Sequence record: MT446387.1
Direction: 5' to 3' (one strand)
Length of the DNA stretch: 64,000 bases
Origin: Escherichia phage TH09
Below the pieces are notes generated by a model, which made no database searches, was not told the origin of the DNA, and saw only the letters and a list, made by a program, of their open reading frames with translations. Position numbers and translations under genes: made by a program. Below are positions 52,216 to 61,945 of this stretch, piece by piece; position 1 is the first letter of the stretch; each line of letters starts with the position of its first letter.

Positions 52216-52682
52216 ATTATGATAGATTTTATCCTTGCGATTTTGTTAATGGCCCTGGTTGCAGGGTCGTTCTTTTCGTTACAGGTTGTTTGCATAAATG
52301 CGAAGGGTGTTATAATAAATCAACATGGAATGCTAGAAATGGTATTCCATTCACTGGAGAGACACTAGAGCAATTAATTGAATGTTTGAATAATGATTAT
52401 ATAGAAGGATTAACTATAACTGGGGGTGACCCTCTTTATCCTGATAACAGAGATGTGATTCATTGCATTGTTCAAACAGTAAAAAATCTTTATCCCAATA
52501 AAAGCATTTGGTTGTGGACAGGATATAAATTTGAAGATATTAAACAACTAGAAATGCTTAAATATGTTGATGTTATTATTGATGGGAAGTATGAGAAAAA
52601 TCTTCCGACCAAAAAGCTGTGGCGAGGATCAGATAATCAGCGACTTTGGTCAAATACCGATGGGGTGTGGAAACATGATTAA
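52212..52682 (+). CDS. nrdG: anaerobic RNR activating enzyme NrdG (radical SAM)
   Basis: 156 aa; CxxxCxxC motif GCLHKCEGCYN; ATGA-coupled to nrdD. Confidence 0.93.
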   Translation: MNYDRFYPCDFVNGPGCRVVLFVTGCLHKCEGCYNKSTWNARNGIPFTGETLEQLIECLNNDYIEGLTITGGDPLYPDNRDVIHCIVQTVKNLYPNKSIWLWTGYKFEDIKQLEMLKYVDVIIDGKYEKNLPTKKLWRGSDNQRLWSNTDGVWKHD

Positions 52683-52796
52683 ATTGAATTATATTATGGA
52701 CACTATAAATGATATGATTTTTCATTTTGGTCCAGAATTTTATTCGCAATATAGTTTAGTGCTTATCAATGCTTGGTTAATCAATTAAGGGTAAAT

Positions 52797-53009
52797 ATGT
52801 ATAAATTTCGTAAAGGTTTAGCTGATTTTCTTACAACCGTAACATTCTTTTTGTTTATGGCAGTTGGAGCTATTTTCCTTATTCCTTTTATTGCTATATT
52901 TTTCGTGATTAGTTTGATTTCTCCAGAAAAAGGACTATCTTCTAGTGAGTTCAATGAGCGTCTGGATAAAATTACTAATAAGCTGAATTCTGCTCTTAGT
53001 AAGGAATAG
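52797..53009 (+). CDS. small membrane protein
   Basis: ATG at 52797 with AAGGGT SD (track starts at 52773); about 70 aa, one long hydrophobic segment. Confidence 0.5.
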   Translation: MYKFRKGLADFLTTVTFFLFMAVGAIFLIPFIAIFFVISLISPEKGLSSSEFNERLDKITNKLNSALSKE

Positions 53010-53011
53010 TT

Positions 53012-53320
53012 GTGAAACAAAACAAGATTGAAGTCTATGGAATTCCAGATGAAGTAGGTCGTTGTCCTGGATGTCAATCAGTTACAAAACTTCTAAAGGA
53101 GCTCAATGCTCCTTTTACTTTCTATAAAGTTCTTACAAATAATGGTAAGATTGAGTATGATCGTCCACTGATTGTATCTCTTGCTAAACGCGCTGGATTC
53201 ACATCTCTTAACATTCGTTATCCAGTCATTTTCATCAATGATTCTAGACAAAAGAACATTAAACACTTCAAAGAAACTCTCATTTCACTTGGATATGATA
53301 GAGATATCATAGAAGACTAA
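53012..53320 (+). CDS. NrdH-like glutaredoxin-family redoxin
   Basis: 102 aa from GTG start after AAGGAA; CPGC redox motif (GRCPGCQS). Confidence 0.7.
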   Translation: MKQNKIEVYGIPDEVGRCPGCQSVTKLLKELNAPFTFYKVLTNNGKIEYDRPLIVSLAKRAGFTSLNIRYPVIFINDSRQKNIKHFKETLISLGYDRDIIED

Positions 53321-53323
53321 GAC

Positions 53324-53345
53324 GGGCCCTCTGGGCCTTTCTTTC
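53324..53345 (+). terminator. rho-independent terminator
   Basis: GGCCC-tct-GGGCC followed by TTTCTTTCTT. Confidence 0.6.
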
Positions 53346-53418
53346 TTACATTCTGTATATTACCATTCTAAGCTATCGTTCCCTTCTTATCATTCCCTAA
53401 AATAATTTTCACAAAGTT

Positions 53419-53448
53419 GTTTACAACAAGTTCAAACCGTGGTATTAT
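53419..53448 (+). promoter_or_regulatory. T4-type early promoter
   Basis: aataattttcacaaagtt-GTTTAC (53419-53424), 18-nt spacer, TGG-TATTAT (53443-53448). Confidence 0.55.
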
Positions 53449-53478
53449 TAACATATGAATTGCCTTTGAGGATTTGAT

Positions 53479-53661
53479 ATGGTTGTGGTTGATAAAGAAA
53501 TTAAAAAGGGACAATATTATTTTATTAATGGTAATGTTGTTCGTGTTACTTACGTAAATGGTTATGATGTTTATTATCTTATACTTAAGTTACATAAACA
53601 CATGATTTGTGATCGTGCTGTATTTAGTTCAGTTGCTAAGGAAATTAAACTCCATGGGTAA
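53479..53661 (+). CDS. hypothetical small protein
   Basis: 60-aa ORF with GAGGA SD, first gene after early promoter. Confidence 0.5.
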   Translation: MVVVDKEIKKGQYYFINGNVVRVTYVNGYDVYYLILKLHKHMICDRAVFSSVAKEIKLHG

Positions 53662-53947
53662 AACGTATCGTCGTAAAGACTTGAAAGTTCGTGATTATGA
53701 CTATTTCGGAAAGCGTAAAGCCCCTGATGGGGTAAGTCATAAAGATATGGTTGAAAACATTTTTCGCTCAGATAAATGGCGTAGAATGAAAGGCATTGAT
53801 TCAGAAGTTAAAGATGAGCTAAATCGCCAATTACGTGGTGAAGTAAGAAAGTTGAAAAAATCAGTTTACATTGACGATGATTTTGATTACAATACATCTC
53901 AACGAGTTGCTAAGCGCAAATCAAACGAGTGTTATCGTTACAGCTGA
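53654..53947 (+). CDS. hypothetical basic protein
   Basis: ATG at 53654 (MGKTYRRKDLKV...) overlapping previous gene end; about 97 aa. Confidence 0.5.
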   Translation: MGKTYRRKDLKVRDYDYFGKRKAPDGVSHKDMVENIFRSDKWRRMKGIDSEVKDELNRQLRGEVRKLKKSVYIDDDFDYNTSQRVAKRKSNECYRYS

Positions 53948-53954
53948 GGAAAAT

Positions 53955-54086
53955 ATGAATATCAAACGAATGCTTTTTAAGCAGGGGTTATACACTTTAA
54001 ATGTTACTCCAAAAGGCGATACAACTAAGTGGTCAGTAAATGACTGGATTAAATTTATTGATGAAAATGGTAACTGGAAAATTTAA
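53955..54086 (+). CDS. hypothetical small protein
   Basis: 43-codon ORF from ATG 53955 with GAGGAAA SD (track offers a longer upstream-start version). Confidence 0.4.
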   Translation: MNIKRMLFKQGLYTLNVTPKGDTTKWSVNDWIKFIDENGNWKI

Positions 54087-54287
54087 ATGAATCCTGAATC
54101 TAAATTATCGCAACGAATTGCTGAAGCTCGTCGTCAGTTCTTTGAAAATATGATAGCCCAAGGTATTGATGACGAAGTTTTTCTAAACTGGTTTTGGAAT
54201 CACAAATATTCAAAATGCTCAGGAGCAATATTAATATCAGCCGCAATGATGTACGAAGGCTGGAAGGGTGCCAAACAGTTTAGCTAA
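54087..54287 (+). CDS. hypothetical small protein
   Basis: 66-aa ORF, ends at a UUCG hairpin. Confidence 0.5.
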   Translation: MNPESKLSQRIAEARRQFFENMIAQGIDDEVFLNWFWNHKYSKCSGAILISAAMMYEGWKGAKQFS

Positions 54288-54304
54288 GGGCTTCGGCCCT
54301 TTTT
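54287..54304 (+). terminator. UUCG-tetraloop hairpin / terminator
   Basis: AGGGC-TTCG-GCCCT followed by TTTTGG. Confidence 0.55.
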
Positions 54305-54339
54305 GGATAATAAAATTTTAACGCAATTGAGGATAATGT

Positions 54340-54666
54340 ATGACTATTCAAATTAAAAACGCCATCAATTCTTATGCATATGATAAAGTAGTTTCTTTGC
54401 TAGAAAAAGGCGATATTGTAACTCCTCAAAGTTTGGATAAATGGGAAAAAGAGCTTCATCAGACGATGAAACAGAATGATCAGAAGATTGGACGCAACAC
54501 TATCCGCGAATTGTTGGTTCAATATATCTTGTCAGAATTTGATGTTAAAGCTTTTGGCGTAGAATCTAAAGCTTATCAAAAACATGAAATTTCCGATAAA
54601 ACTATTCGTCGTATGAAAAATCAACGCAAGAAAAAATTTGCTGACCTGAAAATTACTAAGGTATAA
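54340..54666 (+). CDS. hypothetical protein
   Basis: 108-aa ORF with GAGGA SD. Confidence 0.55.
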   Translation: MTIQIKNAINSYAYDKVVSLLEKGDIVTPQSLDKWEKELHQTMKQNDQKIGRNTIRELLVQYILSEFDVKAFGVESKAYQKHEISDKTIRRMKNQRKKKFADLKITKV

Positions 54667-54668
54667 TT

Positions 54669-54884
54669 ATGAACGAAGCTCTTATTAACGATTTGCGTCT
54701 TGCCGGATATGAAGTAAATACAAATGGCATTGGTTTAACTCAAATTGAAGGAAATGGATTCATCCTTGAGTATGAATTTAGCCAATGGTGGTTATACGCT
54801 AATTACGGCGAATTGATTGAATACGTCGACCAATTTGATTCACTAGATGCAGCTCTCGAAGCGGCTAAGTTGATGAATGTATGA
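54669..54884 (+). CDS. hypothetical small acidic protein
   Basis: 71-aa ORF. Confidence 0.5.
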   Translation: MNEALINDLRLAGYEVNTNGIGLTQIEGNGFILEYEFSQWWLYANYGELIEYVDQFDSLDAALEAAKLMNV

Positions 54885-55150
54885 AATTTATTAATATTTC
54901 TATTACTATTGAAAATTATGGAATTTTCTATGTTGACCAATACATGAAAATTTCATTTTTCCCAAATAAGACTGGTGTTGGATATTGGGAAAGCCATGTT
55001 TCTGAATTAAATGAAAGCGAATATGCTAGCACACATGAAAAGTTTTTAGACTTTTTATATCATGCTGATTTAACTAGTCATTATATAGATATTCATGAAT
55101 TTAAAAAGATGATGGAAAAAGTGTTCCAAGCATACTGCTTACTTAGATAA
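54881..55150 (+). CDS. hypothetical protein
   Basis: 89-aa ORF, ATGA overlap with upstream gene. Confidence 0.5.
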   Translation: MKFINISITIENYGIFYVDQYMKISFFPNKTGVGYWESHVSELNESEYASTHEKFLDFLYHADLTSHYIDIHEFKKMMEKVFQAYCLLR

Positions 55151-55228
55151 CTGATATCCTCTATGCTTTAAGATAGATCTTCAAATATTATGATATAATA
55201 GATCTATGAATTGAGCTAAGAGGTGAAA

Positions 55229-55786
55229 ATGTCAGAAACTAAGCCTAAATATAATTACGTAAACAATAAAGAGCTTTTACAAGCTATTATTGATTGGAAA
55301 ACAGAATTAGCAAATAATAAAGACCCAAATAAAGTAGTTCGTCAGAATGATACTATCGGATTAGCCATTATGCTTATTGCAGAAGGCTTATCTAAACGTT
55401 TCAACTTTTCAGGATACACCCAGTCTTGGAAACAAGAAATGATTGCAGATGGTATAGAAGCTTCTATTAAGGGGCTTCACAATTTTGATGAAACGAAATA
55501 TAAAAACCCACATGCGTATATAACTCAAGCTTGTTTTAATGCATTCGTCCAGCGTATTAAAAAAGAACGTAAGGAAGTTGCAAAGAAATATAGTTACTTC
55601 GTTCACAATGTCTATGACAGTCGTGACGACGATATGGTTGCGTTAGTAGATGAAACTTTTATTCAAGACATCTACGATAAAATGACGCATTACGAAGAAT
55701 CAACCTATAGAACACCCGGGGCTGAAAAGAAAAGTGTTGTAAACGATTCTCCTAGTTTGGATTTTTTATATGAGGCTAACGATTAA
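55229..55786 (+). CDS. 55: late-transcription sigma factor gp55
   Basis: ATG at 55229 with AGAGGTGA SD gives 185 aa ([24 protein letters not shown]...), size and sequence consistent with T4 gp55. Confidence 0.92.
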   Translation: MSETKPKYNYVNNKELLQAIIDWKTELANNKDPNKVVRQNDTIGLAIMLIAEGLSKRFNFSGYTQSWKQEMIADGIEASIKGLHNFDETKYKNPHAYITQACFNAFVQRIKKERKEVAKKYSYFVHNVYDSRDDDMVALVDETFIQDIYDKMTHYEESTYRTPGAEKKSVVNDSPSLDFLYEAND

Positions 55787-55988
55787 CCTCTCCGGATTCT
55801 TGGAAGAAATACCTGAAGTTGAAGCTATTCCCTATTTGCTTAAAATGTATCTCAGGGAAGTTTTAGCTCTTGACATTGATATTGATCCAGAAAATCCGTA
55901 TGATACCGCTTTTAAATCTAATGGTGTAGAATTAAATTACAGGTATCATTTAACAGATGATGATTTTTATTTTATATTAGAGAAATAA
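55770..55988 (+). CDS. hypothetical small protein
   Basis: 72-aa ORF starting inside the gene 55 3' end; no clear SD. Confidence 0.4.
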   Translation: MRLTINLSGFLEEIPEVEAIPYLLKMYLREVLALDIDIDPENPYDTAFKSNGVELNYRYHLTDDDFYFILEK

Positions 55989-55989
55989 T

Positions 55990-56307
55990 ATGACTGATAA
56001 ACCCGAAATTAATGATGAAGTGGAAAAGCTTATTTCTTCTATTGAAGAAAAGAACCGTCTTGAAGCAGAAAGAAAAGCAAATAAGTTATTGTCTAAAAAC
56101 AAACGCGAACTGAATCGTCTTTATAAGCACGCTCAGATCGCAGCTGAAAACAATAATTTTGCTCAATACGAATATGCTATCAAGAAAAGTCGGGATATTC
56201 TAAAACAGCCATATAACGATGAACTCATCAGTATTCTTTGGAAGACTACTAGATCGCAAATTGAGGATATGATTGATGCTTACACACGTAAAATTCAAGC
56301 GTCTTAA
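55990..56307 (+). CDS. hypothetical coiled-coil protein
   Basis: 105-aa helical ORF. Confidence 0.55.
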   Translation: MTDKPEINDEVEKLISSIEEKNRLEAERKANKLLSKNKRELNRLYKHAQIAAENNNFAQYEYAIKKSRDILKQPYNDELISILWKTTRSQIEDMIDAYTRKIQAS

Positions 56308-56479
56308 AATTAATGCAGGATTTACTGAATCTTTGAATGGTCATCTTTGTGTGAAAATTTCTGAAAAAGAATACCATGATAGTTCAATTAAAGAAGTTAA
56401 TCCTCCTATTGTAAGAGCAGACCCTAATATGAAAGTGTGGGTTGATTCTTATCAAGTCAAAAAATGGTGGCAGTTATGA
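56273..56479 (+). CDS. hypothetical small protein
   Basis: 68-aa ORF overlapping upstream gene by 35 nt in another frame. Confidence 0.4.
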   Translation: MMLTHVKFKRLKINAGFTESLNGHLCVKISEKEYHDSSIKEVNPPIVRADPNMKVWVDSYQVKKWWQL

Positions 56480-56482
56480 AAG

Positions 56483-56656
56483 ATGAACATCCAGACTTCT
56501 GAAATAGATTATAATAAAATTCGTTCCTCTAAAGAGGAAATGATGAGACGCTTTAAAGAGTCTCATGATAAAGCTAAAGCAGAAGGAACTATAAAATATA
56601 AGCGCATAAAATTTAAAAGTTCTAACGAGCCTCTGTATGGCGTATTATGCGGATAG
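56483..56656 (+). CDS. hypothetical small basic protein (below ORF-track cut-off)
   Basis: 57-codon ORF from ATG 56483 (MNIQTSEIDYNKIRSSKEEMMRRFKESHDK...); ends at a UUCG hairpin. Confidence 0.35.
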   Translation: MNIQTSEIDYNKIRSSKEEMMRRFKESHDKAKAEGTIKYKRIKFKSSNEPLYGVLCG

Positions 56657-56722
56657 GAGCTTCGGCTCCTATATTGCTTTATAAATTTTTGGTAAAATAA
56701 ACCAAAACAAAGAGGATATTAA

Positions 56723-57925
56723 ATGAAAGTATGTATTTTTATGGCTCGAGGTCTTGAAGGTTGTGGTGTAACAAAATTCTCACTCGAGCAACGTGATTGG
56801 TTTATTAAAAATGGTCATGAAGTAACTTTGGTTTATGCTAAAGATAAATCATTTACTCGTAATTGCGCGCATGATTATAAATCATTTTCAATTCCGGTTT
56901 TATTGGCAAAAGAATATGATAAAACACTTAAGCTGGTAAATGATTGTGATATTCTAATTATCAATTCGGTTCCTGCTACTTCGGTTGAAGAAGACACGAT
57001 TAATAACTATAAAAAAATTATTGATAACATTAAACCTTCTGTTCGTGTTGTAGTTTATCAACATGACCATTCTTCTCTTTCTTTGCGTCGAAATTTGGGA
57101 TTAGAAGAAACTGTTCGTCGAGCTGATGTTATTTTTAGCCATTCTGATAATGGTGATTTTAATAAAGTTCTGATGAAAGAGTGGTATCCTGAAACAGTTT
57201 CTCTGTTTGATGATATTGAAGAAGCGCCGACAGTATATAACTTTCAGCCTCCGATGGATATTGCGAAGGTTCGATCAACCTACTGGAAAGATGTTTCTGA
57301 AATTAACATGAATATCAACCGTTGGATTGGTCGTACTACTACATGGAAAGGTTTTTATCAGATGTTTGATTTTCATGAAAAACATCTTAAACCTGCAGGA
57401 CTAAGTACTATTATGGAAGGTCTGGAACGTTCTCCAGCGTTTATTCCTATTAAAGAAAAAGGAATTCCATACGAGTATTATCGTCTTCATCAAGTAGACC
57501 AAATTAAAATTGCTCCTAATTTGCCAACGCAAATTCTTGACCGTTATGTAAATAGCGAAATGCTTGAACGCATGAGTAAATCCGGTTTTGGTTATCAGTT
57601 GAGTAAGTTGGATAAAAAATATCTACAACGTTCTTTAGAATATACTCATCTCGAGCTTGGTGCATGTGGAACAATTCCGGTATTTTGGAAATCTACTGGC
57701 GAAAATTTAAAATTCCGTGTTGATAATAATCCTTTGACCTCGCATGATAGCGGTATCATTTGGTTTGATGAAAATGACATGGAATCAACATTTGAACATA
57801 TTAAAGAACTGTCATCTGACCGAGCTCTTTATGACCGTGAGCGAGAAAAAGCATATGAATTTTTGTATCAGCATCAAGATTCAAGCTTCTGCTTTAAAGA
57901 ACAGTTTGACATTATTACAAAATAA
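56723..57925 (+). CDS. a-gt: DNA alpha-glucosyltransferase
   Basis: 400 aa; size and sequence consistent with T4 alpha-gt (remembered only approximately). Confidence 0.9.
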   Translation: MKVCIFMARGLEGCGVTKFSLEQRDWFIKNGHEVTLVYAKDKSFTRNCAHDYKSFSIPVLLAKEYDKTLKLVNDCDILIINSVPATSVEEDTINNYKKIIDNIKPSVRVVVYQHDHSSLSLRRNLGLEETVRRADVIFSHSDNGDFNKVLMKEWYPETVSLFDDIEEAPTVYNFQPPMDIAKVRSTYWKDVSEINMNINRWIGRTTTWKGFYQMFDFHEKHLKPAGLSTIMEGLERSPAFIPIKEKGIPYEYYRLHQVDQIKIAPNLPTQILDRYVNSEMLERMSKSGFGYQLSKLDKKYLQRSLEYTHLELGACGTIPVFWKSTGENLKFRVDNNPLTSHDSGIIWFDENDMESTFEHIKELSSDRALYDREREKAYEFLYQHQDSSFCFKEQFDIITK

Positions 57926-57939
57926 AGGGCTTCGGCCCT
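57926..57939 (+). terminator. UUCG-tetraloop hairpin after a-gt
   Basis: AGGGC-TTCG-GCCCT immediately after stop codon; short T-run. Confidence 0.45.
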
Positions 57940-57964
57940 TTAGCTTTATACGGAGTTTGATATA

Positions 57965-58105
57965 ATGATATTTCTTGGATATGTGATACTTTTTCTTGCA
58001 TTTTATCTATTCACTAGAGCATGCTGGATTGGTTTCTTTAGCACTCCAGATGGATTTATTTCAATAATTTTATTTTGCATTTCAATGACGGTTCTTGATA
58101 TATGA
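57965..58105 (+). CDS. small hydrophobic protein (47.1 position; below ORF-track cut-off)
   Basis: 46-codon ORF from ATG 57965 with GGAG SD; two hydrophobic segments; ATGA overlap with gene 47 start. Confidence 0.4.
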   Translation: MIFLGYVILFLAFYLFTRACWIGFFSTPDGFISIILFCISMTVLDI

Positions 58106-59121
58106 AAATTTTAAATTTAGGTGATTGGCATTTAGGCGTTAAAGCCGATGATGAGTGGGTTCAATCTATTCAGTTGGATGGAATTAAACAAGCAATAGAA
58201 TATTCTAAGAAAAATGGAATTACTACATGGATTCAATACGGCGATATTTTTGATGTGCGAAAAGCAATCACACATAAAACTATGGAGTTCGCTCGTGAAA
58301 TAGTTCAAATGCTTGATGATGCTGGTATTACCCTACATACTGTTGTAGGAAACCATGATATGCACTTTAAAAATACTTTAACTCCAAATGCCTCTACTGA
58401 GCTTTTGGCTAAATATCCTAATGTTAAAGTATATGATAAGCCTACTACAGTAGATTTTGACGGGTGTTTGATTGATTTGATTCCTTGGATGTGCGAAGAA
58501 AATACTGGTGAAATTCTTGAACACATCAAAACTTCATCTGCTTCTTTTTGTGTTGGTCACTGGGAGCTGAATGGATTTTATTTTTATAAAGGAATGAAAT
58601 CTCACGGTCTTGAACCTGATTTCCTTAAGACTTATAAAGAGGTGTGGTCTGGTCACTTCCATACTATCTCTGAGGCTGCTAACGTCAGATATATTGGGAC
58701 ACCATGGACACTAACTGCAGGTGACGAGAATGACCCTCGTGGGTTCTGGATGTTTGATACAGAAACAGAACGAATGGAATTTATTCCAAACAATACTACC
58801 TGGCACCGTAGAATTCATTATCCATTTAAAGGAAAAATTGACTATAAAGATTTTACAAATCTATCAGTACGTGTTATAGTAACTGAAGTAGACAAAAATC
58901 TGACGAAGTTCGAATCTGAACTAGAAAAAGTTGTGCATTCATTACGAGTTGTGTCAAAGATTGATAACTCTGTCGAGTCAGATGACAGTGAAGAAGTTGA
59001 AGTTCAATCTCTTCAGACGTTGATGGAAGAATACATTAATGCAATTCCAGACATCACTGATTCTGATCGTGAAGCACTTATTCAATATGCAAATCAGTTA
59101 TATGTAGAGGCAACACAATGA
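58102..59121 (+). CDS. 47: recombination endonuclease subunit gp47 (Mre11-like)
   Basis: 339 aa; calcineurin-like phosphoesterase motifs (LGDWHLG, GDIFD, GNHD); same size as T4 gp47. Confidence 0.93.
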   Translation: MKILNLGDWHLGVKADDEWVQSIQLDGIKQAIEYSKKNGITTWIQYGDIFDVRKAITHKTMEFAREIVQMLDDAGITLHTVVGNHDMHFKNTLTPNASTELLAKYPNVKVYDKPTTVDFDGCLIDLIPWMCEENTGEILEHIKTSSASFCVGHWELNGFYFYKGMKSHGLEPDFLKTYKEVWSGHFHTISEAANVRYIGTPWTLTAGDENDPRGFWMFDTETERMEFIPNNTTWHRRIHYPFKGKIDYKDFTNLSVRVIVTEVDKNLTKFESELEKVVHSLRVVSKIDNSVESDDSEEVEVQSLQTLMEEYINAIPDITDSDREALIQYANQLYVEATQ

Positions 59122-59381
59122 CTTTTGATGAATTTAAAAATGTTATGATGAGTCAGCATTTTGAATGCGAAGTAAAAGATGATATTGGTCATAAAGAAAT
59201 TATTGAATATTGGTTTGAACCGCTAGAGGTTGAAGATAATTGTATTAAAAAGGTTACAGTCTGCACTGACTGGGCTGTATCTTTTAACTTCAACATTTTA
59301 GATAATGACACACCTAAATCATTGCGAGATATGGCTGTATCTTGTATTAAGGATGCATACTGTGAAGTTTTCGACATTTGA
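59118..59381 (+). CDS. hypothetical small protein (46.1 position)
   Basis: 87-aa ORF, ATGA overlap with gene 47. Confidence 0.55.
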   Translation: MTFDEFKNVMMSQHFECEVKDDIGHKEIIEYWFEPLEVEDNCIKKVTVCTDWAVSFNFNILDNDTPKSLRDMAVSCIKDAYCEVFDI

Positions 59382-59568
59382 CATTAATGATGAATTCATA
59401 GCAAATATTGATTATACCGAAGAAGATTCTAGATATGTTGGAATAATTTATATTACATCAAAAACAACACAAGGTGTTGTTTGCGTGGCTGAATTTGATG
59501 AATACTTTTTAGATTATGATGATATGATAGAATGGTCTAAAAGATACATTAAAAGGAATCTTTTGTGA
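59353..59568 (+). CDS. hypothetical small protein (46.2 position)
   Basis: ATG at 59353 (track starts upstream at 59305); about 71 aa; start uncertain (GTG at 59362 also possible). Confidence 0.4.
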   Translation: MHTVKFSTFDINDEFIANIDYTEEDSRYVGIIYITSKTTQGVVCVAEFDEYFLDYDDMIEWSKRYIKRNLL

Positions 59569-61247
59569 AGAATTTTAAACTAAACCGAGTTAGGTATCAA
59601 AATATAATGTCAGTAGGTGGAAATCCTATTGACATTCAATTAGATAAGGTTCAAAAAACTCTTATTACTGGACGAAATGGCGGTGGTAAGTCTACTATGT
59701 TAGAAGCCATCACGTTTGGGCTTTTTGGCAAGCCATTTCGTGATGTAAAGAAAGGTCAATTAATAAACAGCACAAATAAGAAAGAACTTTTAGTTGAACT
59801 GTGGATGGAATATGATGAGAAAAAGTACTATATCAAAAGAGGACAAAAACCAAACGTTTTCGAAATCACCGTTAACGGTACACGTCTTAATGAATCTGCC
59901 AGCAGTAAAGATTTCCAAGCAGAATTTGAACAGCTTATCGGAATGTCATATGCCAGTTTCAAGCAGATTGTTGTCCTTGGTACAGCAGGGTATACCCCTT
60001 TCATGGGTTTGTCGACCCCTGCGCGAAGAAAGCTTGTGGAAGACCTGCTTGAGGTAGGAACATTAGCTGAAATGGATAAGCTTAATAAAGCACTAATACG
60101 TGAATTAAATTCACAAAACCAAGTGCTTGATGTTAAAAAAGATAGTATTATCCAGCAAATTAAAATATATAATGATAATGTTGAACGCCAGAAAAAATTG
60201 TCTGGTGACAACCTTACTCGTCTACAAAATATGTATGATGATTTGGCAAAAGAAGCTAGAACGCTAAAATCGGAAATAGAAGAAGCTAATGAAAGATTAG
60301 TTAATATTGTTTTGGATGAAGACCCGACTGATGCATTTAATAAAATCGGTCAAGAAGCAGTTTTAATTAAATCAAAAATTGACTCGTATAATAAAGTCAT
60401 TAATATGTATCACGAAGGTGGATTATGTCCAACCTGTTTGTCACAATTAAGTTCCGGCGATAAAGTTGTTTCTAAAATTAAAGATAAAGTTTCTGAATGT
60501 ACGCATTCGTTTGAACAGCTTTCAACGCACCGTGATAATTTAAAAGTTCTTGTTGATGAATACCGAGATAATATTAAAACCCAACAGTCGTTGGCAAATG
60601 ATATTCGCAATAAAAAGCAATCTCTAATCACGACGGTAGATAAAGCTAAAAAGGTTAAAGCGGCTATAGAAAAAGCATCTTCTGAGTTTATTGACCATGC
60701 TGATGAAATAGCACTGCTTCAAGAAGAACTTGATAAAATTGTTAAGACAAAAACTAATTTAGTAATGGAAAAATACCACCGAGGAATTTTGACTGATATG
60801 CTCAAAGATTCTGGTATTAAAGGTGCTATTATTAAAAAGTACATTCCATTATTCAATAAGCAGATTAACCATTATCTTAAAATAATGGAAGCGGATTATG
60901 TGTTTACATTAGATGAAGAATTTAATGAGACAATTAAATCCCGTGGTCGTGAAGATTTTAGTTATGCTTCATTTAGTGAAGGTGAAAAGGCACGAATCGA
61001 TATTGCTCTTTTATTTACTTGGCGTGATATTGCTTCTATTGTATCTGGTGTTAGTATTAGTACATTAATACTCGATGAAGTGTTTGATGGGTCATTTGAT
61101 GCCGAAGGTATTAAAGGTGTAGCTAATATTATAAATTCAATGAAAAACACTAATGTTTTTATAATTTCACATAAAGACCATGACCCGCAAGAATATGGTC
61201 AGCATCTTCAAATGAAGAAAGTTGGTCGATTTACTGTAATGGTTTAA
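59565..61247 (+). CDS. 46: recombination endonuclease subunit gp46 (Rad50/SbcC-like ATPase)
   Basis: 560 aa from GTG start after AGGA; Walker A GRNGGGKST, long coiled coil, signature/Walker B ILDEVFDG near C-terminus. Confidence 0.93.
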   Translation: MKNFKLNRVRYQNIMSVGGNPIDIQLDKVQKTLITGRNGGGKSTMLEAITFGLFGKPFRDVKKGQLINSTNKKELLVELWMEYDEKKYYIKRGQKPNVFEITVNGTRLNESASSKDFQAEFEQLIGMSYASFKQIVVLGTAGYTPFMGLSTPARRKLVEDLLEVGTLAEMDKLNKALIRELNSQNQVLDVKKDSIIQQIKIYNDNVERQKKLSGDNLTRLQNMYDDLAKEARTLKSEIEEANERLVNIVLDEDPTDAFNKIGQEAVLIKSKIDSYNKVINMYHEGGLCPTCLSQLSSGDKVVSKIKDKVSECTHSFEQLSTHRDNLKVLVDEYRDNIKTQQSLANDIRNKKQSLITTVDKAKKVKAAIEKASSEFIDHADEIALLQEELDKIVKTKTNLVMEKYHRGILTDMLKDSGIKGAIIKKYIPLFNKQINHYLKIMEADYVFTLDEEFNETIKSRGREDFSYASFSEGEKARIDIALLFTWRDIASIVSGVSISTLILDEVFDGSFDAEGIKGVANIINSMKNTNVFIISHKDHDPQEYGQHLQMKKVGRFTVMV

Positions 61248-61290
61248 ATTTATAAGAGATTATGCTTTAATTTATTAGAGTATAATCTCT

Positions 61291-61491
61291 ATGGAGGAAA
61301 ACATGGAATATTCAACTGGACAGCATCTATTAACTATTCCTGAAATAAAACGATATATTCTGAGAAATAATTTTTCTAATGAAGAGCATATAGTTACTGA
61401 ATCTATGCTTAGGAATGCATTTAAAGCAGAATATACAAAAATAATGTCCAATAGAAATGAAGCTTGGACTGTTACTGATTATTATGACTAA
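61291..61491 (+). CDS. hypothetical small protein (45.2 position)
   Basis: 66-aa ORF with GGAGG SD. Confidence 0.55.
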   Translation: MEENMEYSTGQHLLTIPEIKRYILRNNFSNEEHIVTESMLRNAFKAEYTKIMSNRNEAWTVTDYYD

Positions 61492-61500
61492 AGGTGTATT

Positions 61501-61890
61501 ATGACTAAAATTACTGTGAATTATACTGTTGACGTAAAAGATATTCAGCCAAAACACGTGCGTTCTGAATCAAATCCACAAAATCAAAATAAAATTCGTC
61601 GAGCATGGGTTTTGTCTCTTTCTGATAACGCAATGGAAGTTATTCAGAACAAAATTAAATCTGCACCTGCTCGTCATGCGTATTATGAAGCTATCGATCG
61701 TGAAGTAAGTAATAAATGGATTGAACTAATGCGCAAACATACTGCAGAATCCCTAAACGCCGGTGCTAAATTTATTATGACTTCATGCGGTGAACGTTTA
61801 GAAGATGATTATTGCGGTAATGCAGATGAACGTCTAATTGTTGCTGCTCAAATTGTTGCGGAAACAATTGCGGCTGATTTTAATCGTTAA
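61501..61890 (+). CDS. rpbA: RNA polymerase binding protein RpbA
   Basis: 129-aa ORF between 46 and 45, same size and position as T4 RpbA. Confidence 0.8.
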   Translation: MTKITVNYTVDVKDIQPKHVRSESNPQNQNKIRRAWVLSLSDNAMEVIQNKIKSAPARHAYYEAIDREVSNKWIELMRKHTAESLNAGAKFIMTSCGERLEDDYCGNADERLIVAAQIVAETIAADFNR

Positions 61891-61945
61891 TTGCTTTATT
61901 AAATTAGTTATAAAATTAAATCTCATTTGAATTGAAGGAAATTAC

